Positions 15,787 through 24,821 of a stretch of DNA of 30,318 nt are shown here, piece by piece. Numbering within the stretch: position 1 is the stretch's first letter; every line of letters starts with the position of its first letter. Source of the stretch: a virus (Duplodnaviria > Caudoviricetes); IMG/VR virus record IMGVR_UViG_3300038418_000390, positions 1-30,318 of that record; one strand, written 5' to 3'. Position numbers and translations under genes: made by a program. The notes beneath the pieces are model-generated. The model was not told the DNA's origin and ran no database searches. It was given only the letters and a program-made list of their open reading frames with translations.

Positions 15787-15798
15787 GTTTATTGCCTT

Positions 15799-16455
15799 TC
15801 AAAATTTGATCAGTTGTTTGGCCTCGGCGATGATTCCCTCCTCGCCGCGGAGCGTGATGAAGTCGGCTATTTTTTGCTTGTTTGATTCGTAGGTCCGCTC
15901 GATGAAGGGATTGGGCGCGGCCGCGGCCACGCTGCGGCCGAAGAATTTGTCGCTTGCCGCTGAATACAGGACTTTGCTGGCCGGATTTCTCTCGGCGTCC
16001 GGTTCAATAAATCTGCCTCTAAGACCGCGCTCGGGACCCAAATTGCCGTAATAAGATCCAGGGCGCGCTCCGGCAATAGATTCTTTTCTCCCGTGTTCCA
16101 CCAGGCGCAGGTATTTGGCAGGGTCGCGTGCTGGGATATCGATATTTGCCTCTGTAAACGCTTTGCTGCGGAATCGGAGTCCGCCGCGGCGGTTGACGGT
16201 CACTGCGCGGCGGAACCCGCGCCGCACGCCGGTTGTGATGAAGAGTTTTCCGCCGTAATTTTTCAATTGCGTGTGGCCGAGCGAGGTTTGCAAGAGCCCG
16301 GACTCGCTGGGGGCTTCGCCTTTTTCGGCCTGGGCGATCATGTCTGAGGCCTCGATCATCAGCGGTTTTATGACCCGATCCTGCGCGGCATGGGGCAGAT
16401 CCTCGAATGCGCGGATCAGTTTTTCGTCGTTGCTGATGGTGAAGGTGATTTCCAT
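15799..16455 (-). CDS. HK97 gp10-like tail completion / neck protein
   Basis: EAPSESGLLQTSL, KYLRLVEHG and PNPFIERTYE motifs. Confidence 0.8.
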   Translation of the reverse strand: MEITFTISNDEKLIRAFEDLPHAAQDRVIKPLMIEASDMIAQAEKGEAPSESGLLQTSLGHTQLKNYGGKLFITTGVRRGFRRAVTVNRRGGLRFRSKAFTEANIDIPARDPAKYLRLVEHGRKESIAGARPGSYYGNLGPERGLRGRFIEPDAERNPASKVLYSAASDKFFGRSVAAAAPNPFIERTYESNKQKIADFITLRGEEGIIAEAKQLIKF

Positions 16456-16464
16456 GTCTTCGCT

Positions 16465-16953
16465 CTAAAGCACGGCCCGCCAATGGGTGCTGATTTCAGT
16501 GCGGAACAAGCCGTCGTCGTGGTAGGCCTGGATGTCGCGGGCCGGCTTGCGGTCGGTCTTGAAGCACACCGCCCCGTTGTCGTCGTCCAAGGCCAGAACC
16601 GCCTGGCGGCAAAAGGCCGTTATCTCGGCCACCAGTCCGGATAGCTGCCGGCAGGCTGTTAGCCGGGCGGGGCCGGTGTCGTTTACTCCCAGTTTTCGCT
16701 GGAATACGACGGCCAAAATCCATTCGCCCAACGTCGCCGAGTGTTTGTCGGTCTCCAATAGTTCCGACATATCCACGATCCAGATCAGCGGCTTGTCCAG
16801 GTCGGGCTCCGTCAGGGCGGCGATGGGGTCGTCGTTCCATGCCACGCTGAATGAATCGGCGCTGTCGAAAGGCGCGGAAAAGGCCTTGTCGGCCGCGGCT
16901 GCGCTAATGGCGGTCGCAAGGTTGTCGGCCAGTGTTAGCAGTAAATCCGTCAT
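16465..16953 (-). CDS. Putative tail terminator
   Basis: Start MTDLLLTL at 16953 by ATGA overlap. Size and position fit. Confidence 0.6.
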   Translation of the reverse strand: MTDLLLTLADNLATAISAAAADKAFSAPFDSADSFSVAWNDDPIAALTEPDLDKPLIWIVDMSELLETDKHSATLGEWILAVVFQRKLGVNDTGPARLTACRQLSGLVAEITAFCRQAVLALDDDNGAVCFKTDRKPARDIQAYHDDGLFRTEISTHWRAVL

Positions 16954-17333
16954 GCCTGATCTTCCACGCGCTTGGTGTGTATCAAAATCACGCGGCCCAG
17001 GGGGTCCATGCGCTGAAAACACTCCTGTTTGCCCTTGGAGCGGACTTCATAATTTTCAAAACTCGCCGTAATCGCGTTGTAGCGCCTGATCCGTGCCCCG
17101 GGCTTTGGCTGGGCCATGTCGCCGCCTATGATCACGTCCGCGGCCACCATCATCCAATTCAGGTCGTCGTGTTCCAGCATGGGGCCGCCGGGGTCGTCGA
17201 TGATCATCTCCGGCTTGCTGGCAATGGCCCAGGGGTATATGGTTTCTCCGTCCTGCGTGTATTCGATCTCCTCGCCGTTCTGCTGGACCTGGAGGGCCGC
17301 CATTTCGGTGATCGAGTTCAATAACGTGTTCAT
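16950..17333 (-). CDS. Head-tail joining (gpFII-like stopper) protein
   Basis: Start MNTLLNS at 17333 by ATGA overlap. GEEIEY...PKPGARI...ILIHTKRV pattern. Confidence 0.7.
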   Translation of the reverse strand: MNTLLNSITEMAALQVQQNGEEIEYTQDGETIYPWAIASKPEMIIDDPGGPMLEHDDLNWMMVAADVIIGGDMAQPKPGARIRRYNAITASFENYEVRSKGKQECFQRMDPLGRVILIHTKRVEDQA

Positions 17334-18205
17334 GCCGCGCTCATTACCTGGTCCAATTCCGCCTGGTCGAATGTCGCAATCCTCAGTTCGCTGTCCATAT
17401 AGCCGTAGGACACGATCCACTTGTCGCCGCGGAGCATGGCCCCGCAGGGAAACACCGCGGATATGCGGTTCCCTTGTGACCAGGGCTCGCTATAAGTTTC
17501 CACATGGCCGGCCAGGATCGGCTGGCGGGTGATAGCCAGCACGTTGTATTGGGCGTCCATTATGAAACATCCGGCGTAATACACCTTCACTTTCCCGGCC
17601 GAGCCATATTCCTCGCGCGACGAATGAAAAAAACAATACCAGCGGTTGCGAAACCACACCGGCGGGGCGCCGCCGCGGACCTCGCCGTATTTCCATTTCC
17701 AATTTACTTCATGGGCGTGATGCAAAAACCAGGAGCCGCCGGCGTAGCGCATGATCGAAAGCGGCTTGTATTCGTAAATGCAAAACAGCTTGTCGCGCCT
17801 CAAAAAAGGCACCCAATTTTTCTCGGCGGTCTTGATGTTCCTGTGCCAGCATGGAGATTTCCAAACCACGTTGTAGGCGCGGTCGATGCCGCCGTGGCAC
17901 ATCAAGGCCGCGCTGTCGTTGACCGCGTTCATTCCGGTCCAGGCCACGTACACGCGATCGCCGCGGACTATCGCCCTGGGGTCCTCCGGGATCAGCGTTT
18001 GATCGCTGAAATCCCAGAGCATCTGCGTGTAAACGGGCCGGAAGCGGTCGTCCAGTTCCGAGACCGCCAGGACCGAGTGCCGGCGATTGACGCGATAGAT
18101 CGCCAGCAGGCGATTCCAGGCCGTGAGCACGCAGCCGTTAAAGGCGTGCGTGCCCAGCCTGGGATCGATGCAATCGATCCGGCCTTTGATCTTCAATTCG
18201 CTCAT
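17330..18205 (-). CDS. Five-bladed beta-propeller carbohydrate enzyme (GH130-like / GT91-like)
   Basis: AFNG, PEDPR, EKNWVPF, RGGAPP, FFHS, YYAG and VFPCG...VSYGYMD motifs. Confidence 0.75.
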   Translation of the reverse strand: MSELKIKGRIDCIDPRLGTHAFNGCVLTAWNRLLAIYRVNRRHSVLAVSELDDRFRPVYTQMLWDFSDQTLIPEDPRAIVRGDRVYVAWTGMNAVNDSAALMCHGGIDRAYNVVWKSPCWHRNIKTAEKNWVPFLRRDKLFCIYEYKPLSIMRYAGGSWFLHHAHEVNWKWKYGEVRGGAPPVWFRNRWYCFFHSSREEYGSAGKVKVYYAGCFIMDAQYNVLAITRQPILAGHVETYSEPWSQGNRISAVFPCGAMLRGDKWIVSYGYMDSELRIATFDQAELDQVMSAA

Positions 18206-18214
18206 GCCTGGTCG

Positions 18215-18640
18215 CTAGCTTTGCGGCATTACTCCGGGGTCGTTGAGGGCGAATTCGACCGTTGGGTCCGAAGCGCCCGCGGCCTTGGTGACTACGCCGC
18301 ATTCCTTGTGGCCGGTGCTGACTCCGGTAAAGGCGCCGGTGCCGGCCGTTCCACCTACCGGATTGCCGGATGCGTCGTAATACAGCTTGGCGTTTACAGC
18401 CAAGACCTCGCCGGACTTCTTGGGACCGCACCAGCGGCCGTGCGTGCGGGCCAACGCGCCCGTGTGGGTGCCGTCCAGATCGCTGCCGGCGGCGTTGGGG
18501 ATGTCTCGCGGGGCGATGAACACCCCGTTGTTGATCACGATCACGTCCCCGCCGTAAACCTGCACGTCGGCGGCGGGCGTGTAATCGATGGTTTCGTAAT
18601 CGCCTGCTACGAAGCAGGTCGGAACTTGTGTCTGTGACAT
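18215..18640 (-). CDS. Capsid cement/decoration protein (DUF2190-like)
   Basis: TIDYTPAADVQVYGGDVIVI...GALA...KLYYD...VEFALN, directly after the capsid gene. Confidence 0.75.
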   Translation of the reverse strand: MSQTQVPTCFVAGDYETIDYTPAADVQVYGGDVIVINNGVFIAPRDIPNAAGSDLDGTHTGALARTHGRWCGPKKSGEVLAVNAKLYYDASGNPVGGTAGTGAFTGVSTGHKECGVVTKAAGASDPTVEFALNDPGVMPQS

Positions 18641-18700
18641 GGTATTTTTTCTCGGTTGGAGTTTTTTAGGATGAAATTCTGTTACGCGGGTCTATGAGAA

Positions 18701-18726
18701 CTTGCCGGCCCCGCGGGGCCGGCAAG
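18701..18726. terminator. Perfect 26-bp GC palindrome after the capsid gene (terminator or mRNA-stabilising hairpin)
   Basis: cttgccggccccgcggggccggcaag equals its own reverse complement. The U-tract is weak. Confidence 0.55.
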
Positions 18727-18749
18727 GCTTTGGTTGTCGGGTTTTACGA

Positions 18750-21533
18750 TCAGGTCTTGGGGGTGGCCATCACGCCGCCGCGATATTCCTGCAAGGCCAC
18801 GCCGTGGGCCCACCAGCCGCGGTGCTGGAAGCCGAGGACGTTGAAGTCGGCGTCCGAGCTTTGCACGGTGGGGGTTTGCTGGCCGTTGAGGAACAGGACT
18901 TCGATGATCGGCAGCACGGCCGGATCGGCCAGCAGCCAGCAGGCGTCGTCGTCCGCCCCGGTGATGCCGAAGGCCGTGGCCAGGTAGGAGCTGATGGCCA
19001 GCTTGAACAATCCGGCGTGCGGATTGTCGATGGGATACGTGGTGCCGGCCACGGTCGACCGCAATTCGCTGGACTGGATCAAGCGCTTGGCGAAGTCGGC
19101 CTGTTTGGGAGTGGTCAAGAGAACCTTCGGAGCTACGGCCACCGGTTGGTTGTCCGGTTTCTTTTGCTCGAGGAAGGCCTGTTTCATGGCCGTCAGGGTT
19201 TGGATTCCGGCCTTGGGAGTGAGGCCATAATTGACGGTGACAGTCTCGTCGTCGTCGTTGGTGTAGCTGTAGGTGCCGGCCAGCAGGTTTTTGCGGGCCG
19301 AGGACCACATGGCGTTGCCCTGGGAATCGATGGCTGCCAGGAATTTGGCCCAGAAGCACTGGTTCAGGTCGTAGGCCGCGCCCATGCCGATCAGGCGCGG
19401 GGTCTGGCTGATCGCGCCCAGGTCGTCGTTGATGATGTCCTCGTAGGTCGTGACGAACATCTTGGCCCGGGTCGAGACCTGGTTGGCGTATTTCAACTCG
19501 CCGACCTTGCCGTGCTTGATCTCGCCGGCTGCGCCCAGGCCCTCGAAGGTCATGTCTCCGTAGAAGCGGAAGCCGTAGTGCGGTTTGAAATCCTTGGCGT
19601 TGCCCACCGCGGCGATGTCCCGCCACACGGATTCGACGGCCCAAAATCCTTCCAGCAAAATCTTGTTTTGCAAGTTACTCAAGATCCCGGGCAGGGACAA
19701 GGTGGATGCGTCGGCGGCTTCCAAGCGCTCGCCGCCCGGGCAGTAATGGCCGGGCGAGGCGAAATTCATGACCTTTTTCACGTCCGCCGGGCCGCGCATG
19801 AAGCGCGTGGGGCAGCCATTGGCCCATGCCGCCTCGAGCATGAGCTGCTGCAGGCTGATTTGGCCGTGGAAGCGATCGTGCGAGGCCTGCAAGACCTCGG
19901 GTTTGAAATGCTTTTCGATGTTGGGCAGGTTGACCGCGATGCAGGCCGCGGCCTCGAGGACCTCGGCCTGGAGCGGCTGCTGGTCGTGGATGTGCAGGGC
20001 CGGCCCCACCGGGCGGGCCTGGCGCAAAAGCGCGATCTCGGCGTCGCGGGCGTCCCAGCCCTTGCCGATGGCCTCCAATTCGATTTTTTGCACGGCCTCG
20101 ATGGTCTTGCCGTCGGCGTGGCCGCCGTAGCCGGCCAGGACATCGGCCGTCATCTTGCGGATCCGCTGGATCCGCGTGGTCTCATCCAAGACCTGCTTGC
20201 GGACATCGAGCGCGGCCTCCAAGGGCGTCGCGGGCGGCGGCTGGACGGCCGCGGCCTGGAATTCGGCGTCGTACTCGGCGCGGAGCTCGGTTCGCTTCGC
20301 GGCCTCGAGCTGGTCCTTGTCCAGGCCCTTGGCCTTTAACCAGGCCTTGAACTTGGGCTTTGTTTGGGTTTGCGTTGTTGCGGGAATGACCGGTTGTGGC
20401 ATTTGTAAAGACTCCTTTATGGATTGGGCCGCGGCCGGATTGGCCTGGGCCGCGATTGTGACTTGGGTGTCGTTGTCCGCGCCCGTGGTGACTAAAGAGC
20501 ACTCGGCCAGCCGGGCGTTTTTGGCGTAGTACAGGGGCCCTTGAAAGCGCTGGCCATTGGCCTCGAGCGATTCGCCGGGCGCGTAATATTCGAAAAGCGC
20601 GTCTCCCATCGCGCAGCCGATGGAGGCCTTCCACTTGAAGCCGTTTTTGTGGTTGGCCAAAACCTCTTCGGATGCGGCGTTTACGCAGGAGATCACGCCG
20701 CTAAGGCGGAGATTCGTGGGGGACTTGATCAGGTCGGCGTGGCCCACGCGATTGGGCCCGGCGTGATCGGTGATGATCGGCGTCTGGTCCGCGTCGGCCC
20801 GCAGCGTGGGGATGTCGACCACGACCGGCAGGTCGTAGCCTTTCACGCTCAAAGGCCCGCCGTTGTAGGCCAGGATGTCGATCGAGGGGAGTTTTTCCGA
20901 CTGGGTAGGCTGGGATTCCAGGGCCGCGAATTCGGCCTCGAAGCGGAGGTCAGCGCCGCAGGTCATTTTGGGATATTGCACGTCCTTGGCCGGCTCGAGC
21001 TTGGTGGCCTGGATATTTTTATTCGAGAGCCAGCGCTGCACATCGGCGATGGAGGCAAAGACCCGCTTGTCGAAGTGGTAGGCCTGGGGCTTCATCGAGC
21101 CGTCGCCGTCCTTGAGCGCGGCCGAGATGCAGCGGATCCCGGGCTCGATGTCGTCGGCGCGGAAGGTTTCGTGATTGAAATCCTCGGGCTCTGCCACGCG
21201 GGCCCAGTGCTCTCCGATCTTGGGCAGGAATTCGTTCATGACCAGGTTGGCCTGGTCCCCGGCCTCGGCCGCCAGAATTTTGTATGGGGCGCCGATTTTA
21301 GGAATGCCGCCGGCGAAGACCGGGCCTTGGGGGATTTCCGCCGTTTTGTTGATCACCCGCCCCGCGGCCTGGTTGGCGGCGTCGATGGCCAGCTTCTTGG
21401 CCTCGTCCGCATCCACGCCGTGATCCAAATGATTTTGCAGCGTGTCATTGGCGACCTGGGCCCAGAGCCGGGCGATCTTTTTCTTTTTGATCGCCGGATT
21501 TATGTCGTATGCGTCTTTGGGTTTCCAAGACAT
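18750..21533 (-). CDS. Prohead protease - scaffold - major capsid protein fusion with N-terminal accessory domains
   Basis: ATG at 21533 with AGGAG RBS. Protease motifs PIITDH, KASIG and ECSLVTTGAD. Helical scaffold-like linker. Capsid part SLPGILSNLQNKILL...DFK...GEIKH...EDIINDDLGA...IEVLFLNGQQTP. Confidence 0.9.
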   Translation of the reverse strand: MSWKPKDAYDINPAIKKKKIARLWAQVANDTLQNHLDHGVDADEAKKLAIDAANQAAGRVINKTAEIPQGPVFAGGIPKIGAPYKILAAEAGDQANLVMNEFLPKIGEHWARVAEPEDFNHETFRADDIEPGIRCISAALKDGDGSMKPQAYHFDKRVFASIADVQRWLSNKNIQATKLEPAKDVQYPKMTCGADLRFEAEFAALESQPTQSEKLPSIDILAYNGGPLSVKGYDLPVVVDIPTLRADADQTPIITDHAGPNRVGHADLIKSPTNLRLSGVISCVNAASEEVLANHKNGFKWKASIGCAMGDALFEYYAPGESLEANGQRFQGPLYYAKNARLAECSLVTTGADNDTQVTIAAQANPAAAQSIKESLQMPQPVIPATTQTQTKPKFKAWLKAKGLDKDQLEAAKRTELRAEYDAEFQAAAVQPPPATPLEAALDVRKQVLDETTRIQRIRKMTADVLAGYGGHADGKTIEAVQKIELEAIGKGWDARDAEIALLRQARPVGPALHIHDQQPLQAEVLEAAACIAVNLPNIEKHFKPEVLQASHDRFHGQISLQQLMLEAAWANGCPTRFMRGPADVKKVMNFASPGHYCPGGERLEAADASTLSLPGILSNLQNKILLEGFWAVESVWRDIAAVGNAKDFKPHYGFRFYGDMTFEGLGAAGEIKHGKVGELKYANQVSTRAKMFVTTYEDIINDDLGAISQTPRLIGMGAAYDLNQCFWAKFLAAIDSQGNAMWSSARKNLLAGTYSYTNDDDETVTVNYGLTPKAGIQTLTAMKQAFLEQKKPDNQPVAVAPKVLLTTPKQADFAKRLIQSSELRSTVAGTTYPIDNPHAGLFKLAISSYLATAFGITGADDDACWLLADPAVLPIIEVLFLNGQQTPTVQSSDADFNVLGFQHRGWWAHGVALQEYRGGVMATPKT

Positions 21534-21544
21534 ATTCAAAACTC

Positions 21545-23185
21545 CTAAACTGCGCTTCCCAGGGCCATCGCACCGCGGGCCCAGGCGGCGATCGCCCGGC
21601 GGGTGTCGGGCGAGGCGGTTTCCAGGATGTGGGCCATGGCGGCCACGTCGGCCTTGGTTTGGGCCACGTCGGCGTCGGTTGGATCTTGTTTTTCCAAAAC
21701 CGGCTCGGGGGTGCGATTTTGACCGCCGAACTTGGCCGAAATATTCGCCCGCACCCAGGCCAGGTATTCGGGCACGGTGTCAAACCCCAGATCCTCGGCC
21801 GCTTTTTTGTGAACGGCCTTGGCATCCTGGCCGCGGGCGGTGAGCACGGCAGAATGCGAGGCTATGCCGATGGCCAGCTCGGTGCCGATGGAATTGGCCT
21901 CGGCCTCGGGGTCGCAGTACTCCGGTTCCACCCAGTGCCAGGTATGCGGCGGCGCCGGGGAATCGGGGACCGACCACTTGTAAACGCGGCAGGCCTCTTT
22001 GAACCATTCGCGAAAGACACGCGTGCAGACCGTGCGGGCGATGAGCCGCTGGTTCACGCGGACCATGGAAAAATACGTCTGGTGGTCGAGCCGGCCCGAG
22101 GAAAAATTCGTTTGGCTGGAATCGCAGGCGGCGATGGCATAGGGCATGTTGAAGGTCATGGCGATGGCCGTGATCAGGCGGCGATCGAACATCTCGAAGG
22201 TCGTGGCCGGCTGCTCGGCCTTGAACCCGCTGGCCTTGTATCCCCAGGGCAACGCGGCCACCATATTCTGCGGGATCTCGGCCGCGCCGATGGCCTCGGC
22301 CGGCGTTGTTTCCTCCAATCCAGGCGGAGACTGGGTTTCCAAAAGGATGCTGATATTGGCGTGGGTCTCGGCGGCCTTGATCACGGCCTCGAGGAACCGC
22401 TTCCGCTCGGCGAAGAGCCGCATCGCTGCGGTGAATTCGGACATGCCGCGGTGCTGGTTGGGCCGCTCGCGGCGCATGAGCTGCACGATGTATTGCGCAG
22501 GAACGGTGTCGTAGAGCCATGTCCAATATGGAAACACGCCGCCCGGGTGCCAGCGCAGCACGTCGTAAAAAGTGGGATTGCCCCAATCGTCGAACCATAC
22601 GCCGTCGATGCGGTTGGGAACGGCCCAGGGGAGCCAGGGCGTGAAGATCTGATCGGTCTCGAGGAGCTTGATGTCGAGCTTTACGTCGCAGTCCAGATTG
22701 GGATTCGATCCCAGAAGCGCAAAACACTCGCCGTCGATCACGCGGGACTGGACCATGGTGTGCAGCTTTTCCCCGAAGCCGGTGGCCATCGTCCATTCGT
22801 CCCAGCGCTGCTGGACCATGGCGTTGAAGGCGTCGCTCTTGGTCAAAAGCTGCAGGCCCGGGCCGCAGCCGACCTCGTGGTTGGCCATGGTGCGGACTAT
22901 GCCGCGGGCCAGGGAATCATTGGCAACCAGCCAGCGGGCCCGTTTGCGGGTCTGCTGGCGGACCATTTGGGTATTGGAGCGGTCGGCGTCGAAATCATCG
23001 GCGCCGGGCCAGTAATAAGCGGTGGTAGGAGTGCTAGCAGCGGCGTCATATAAAGCGCGGAGGGCCGGCCTGAGCTGCACGGCCGGCTGCATCGATTGCC
23101 GCTGCGATTCGCCGTTTGCGCGGGCGTCGCCGTTCGTGCCGGCGCGCAGCGGGGAACCGTACCTGTCCAAAAGGCGATTGGCCAT
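21545..23185 (-). CDS. Portal protein, lambda gpB family
   Basis: LYDAA, RARWLVAND, IDGECF, RERPNQHRG, TNFSSGRLD and DPEAEANS motifs. Confidence 0.92.
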   Translation of the reverse strand: MANRLLDRYGSPLRAGTNGDARANGESQRQSMQPAVQLRPALRALYDAAASTPTTAYYWPGADDFDADRSNTQMVRQQTRKRARWLVANDSLARGIVRTMANHEVGCGPGLQLLTKSDAFNAMVQQRWDEWTMATGFGEKLHTMVQSRVIDGECFALLGSNPNLDCDVKLDIKLLETDQIFTPWLPWAVPNRIDGVWFDDWGNPTFYDVLRWHPGGVFPYWTWLYDTVPAQYIVQLMRRERPNQHRGMSEFTAAMRLFAERKRFLEAVIKAAETHANISILLETQSPPGLEETTPAEAIGAAEIPQNMVAALPWGYKASGFKAEQPATTFEMFDRRLITAIAMTFNMPYAIAACDSSQTNFSSGRLDHQTYFSMVRVNQRLIARTVCTRVFREWFKEACRVYKWSVPDSPAPPHTWHWVEPEYCDPEAEANSIGTELAIGIASHSAVLTARGQDAKAVHKKAAEDLGFDTVPEYLAWVRANISAKFGGQNRTPEPVLEKQDPTDADVAQTKADVAAMAHILETASPDTRRAIAAWARGAMALGSAV

Positions 23186-23217
23186 GTTCTGATCAGAGTT
23201 GTCTTATCGAAGATGCG

Positions 23218-23430
23218 TCACAGCGATCTGCCGGGAATAATGGGAATCAACCGTACGCCGAACAGAGGATGCCTGGCGGCCTTGCGCGCGGCCAGGTGCC
23301 GGTCGGCGGCGATCTGCTGGCCGATGGGCAAGGCCGATCCGCCCATGCCCTCGATCTCGAAGCGGTCAACGCCGCGGGCCGCGGTCTGGGCGATGGTTTT
23401 GGCGATCTGTTCGGACTCGCGATCTTGCAT
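23218..23430 (-). CDS. gpW-position head completion protein
   Basis: 70-aa ORF from MQDRESE at 23430, directly upstream of the portal. QQIAADRHLAA motif. Confidence 0.6.
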   Translation of the reverse strand: MQDRESEQIAKTIAQTAARGVDRFEIEGMGGSALPIGQQIAADRHLAARKAARHPLFGVRLIPIIPGRSL

Positions 23431-23546
23431 GTCATGAGTAAACAGGACCGCCTGGCCCAATTTCCAGGGCAGTTTCGCTTTTGCCAAAGAATCGCCACTA
23501 ATGCGGCAAAAATAACCCGCTGGTGGTATTTTTAACGGCGGTGTTA

Positions 23547-23575
23547 TTGAAATGGCCGGCGCCAAGAGATATAAT
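23547..23575 (+). promoter_or_regulatory. Near-consensus sigma70 promoter driving the plus-strand insert
   Basis: TTGAAA-17 bp-TATAAT, 55 bp upstream of the ATG at 23631. Confidence 0.8.
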
Positions 23576-23630
23576 CGCTTAAGTCGCGGGCGGTCGAAAT
23601 TCAAAAGGAATTTTTTGAAAAAGGTGTTTT

Positions 23631-24338
23631 ATGATCACTGATGCATTCGTAATTGATGATCCAACAATCATCGAAAGCAGACCCGATCTTTTTGATACGG
23701 AAGGCCGAGCAATGTCGGCGGACGAGTACGCCGGGAATATGTCCGCTGCCTTGAAAATGTCGAGAACTGAAATGGGGCTATTGATTCCGGATCACGTTAC
23801 TACTATGGACCCAAATCAGGCCGGAATCGCGCTCGATGATTACACCAATGCATTTGTAGGCGTGGAAAGCGGCGAGCGGAACGCCGAGGAGCCGGTCGAA
23901 TTGAAGCGGATGGACAAGACGGCGCGCGAGCCTTTGGAAGACGTCGTAGATCGGGCGGCAAAAATTCTCGGCTACGGCCTGGGCGTCCTGGAGCGGTTCA
24001 TGCAGGCCTGCCGGGAAATCGATATCATGCCCTTCGATCCGGAAACCGTGGATAAATACAAATACCACGAAAAGACAAAAAAATACCATCATCCCAGCGG
24101 TTATCCGCACTTCTTGAGATGGGTTGCCGTTTCAATCAAAAAATTCAAAAAGCCGGTGCCCGAATTCGCCCTGCAAACCGCCCTGGACATCAAAGAGCGG
24201 TGCCCGGAAATCGAGTTTGAAATCGAGGAACTCACGCCCACGCCCTGCCCTTTCCTGGTCGCCGTGCTGCCGGACGGCAGCCGCTATCACCTCGAGGTCT
24301 GGAACGAGCCGGATTTCAAAAAACCCCGGACGGTCTGA
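23631..24338 (+). CDS. Hypothetical protein (moron)
   Basis: 235 aa, AAGG RBS, own promoter, globular-looking C-terminal half. Confidence 0.8.
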   Translation: MITDAFVIDDPTIIESRPDLFDTEGRAMSADEYAGNMSAALKMSRTEMGLLIPDHVTTMDPNQAGIALDDYTNAFVGVESGERNAEEPVELKRMDKTAREPLEDVVDRAAKILGYGLGVLERFMQACREIDIMPFDPETVDKYKYHEKTKKYHHPSGYPHFLRWVAVSIKKFKKPVPEFALQTALDIKERCPEIEFEIEELTPTPCPFLVAVLPDGSRYHLEVWNEPDFKKPRTV

Positions 24339-24341
24339 AAG

Positions 24342-24599
24342 ATGGAAATTAAAAGAACGGAAACGATTGCCGAACAGCGTACTTTTATTGATAAAATTAT
24401 CTGTGACATCTGCGGGCATGTCATCCGGGAGCATCAGAGTAAATTTTTCATCAGATCCGAAACTTGCTGCGGGAAAATCGATTATTATTATCCGCCCTTA
24501 ATAATCCCGGTTCATTGGGATATCTGCGAAGAATGCCTGGAAACTAAACTCCGCCCTTTTTTAAAAACCCTTGCCAAAGAACCGAGGCCAGTCAGTTAG
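24342..24599 (+). CDS. Small Zn-finger-like protein
   Basis: CDICG and DICEEC pairs, 3 nt after the previous stop. Confidence 0.75.
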   Translation: MEIKRTETIAEQRTFIDKIICDICGHVIREHQSKFFIRSETCCGKIDYYYPPLIIPVHWDICEECLETKLRPFLKTLAKEPRPVS

Positions 24600-24611
24600 A
24601 ACAAGAGCATC

Positions 24612-24803
24612 ATGATAGTACTTCCAAATAGTAATTACGCTTTAAAAATTTGCAGATGCCAGCAATGCAAAAGGATAATCTGGCCCTGGCAGCGAATCTA
24701 CCTTGGCTCACAAAAGAATTATCATATAAAATGTGTGAAAGCAAAATTGGAAGCTTTCCGCGAATGTTTTATCGCAATGTCTGGTCAAAAAGAATATAAA
24801 TAA
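24612..24803 (+). CDS. Small Cys/His (LIM-like Zn-binding) protein
   Basis: CQQCKRII...YHIKC motif. Confidence 0.65.
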   Translation: MIVLPNSNYALKICRCQQCKRIIWPWQRIYLGSQKNYHIKCVKAKLEAFRECFIAMSGQKEYK

Positions 24804-24821
24804 TGTTGCGCGAGATTTTTA

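Noticed and set aside
17504-18637. 377-aa plus-strand ORF
   Set aside because: Antisense shadow of two well-supported minus-strand genes.
18682-23053. Long alternative-frame and antisense ORFs over capsid and portal (545, 514, 338, 335, 320 aa)
   Set aside because: These are expected shadows of very high GC3 coding sequence, with no RBS or coupling and non-protein-like composition.
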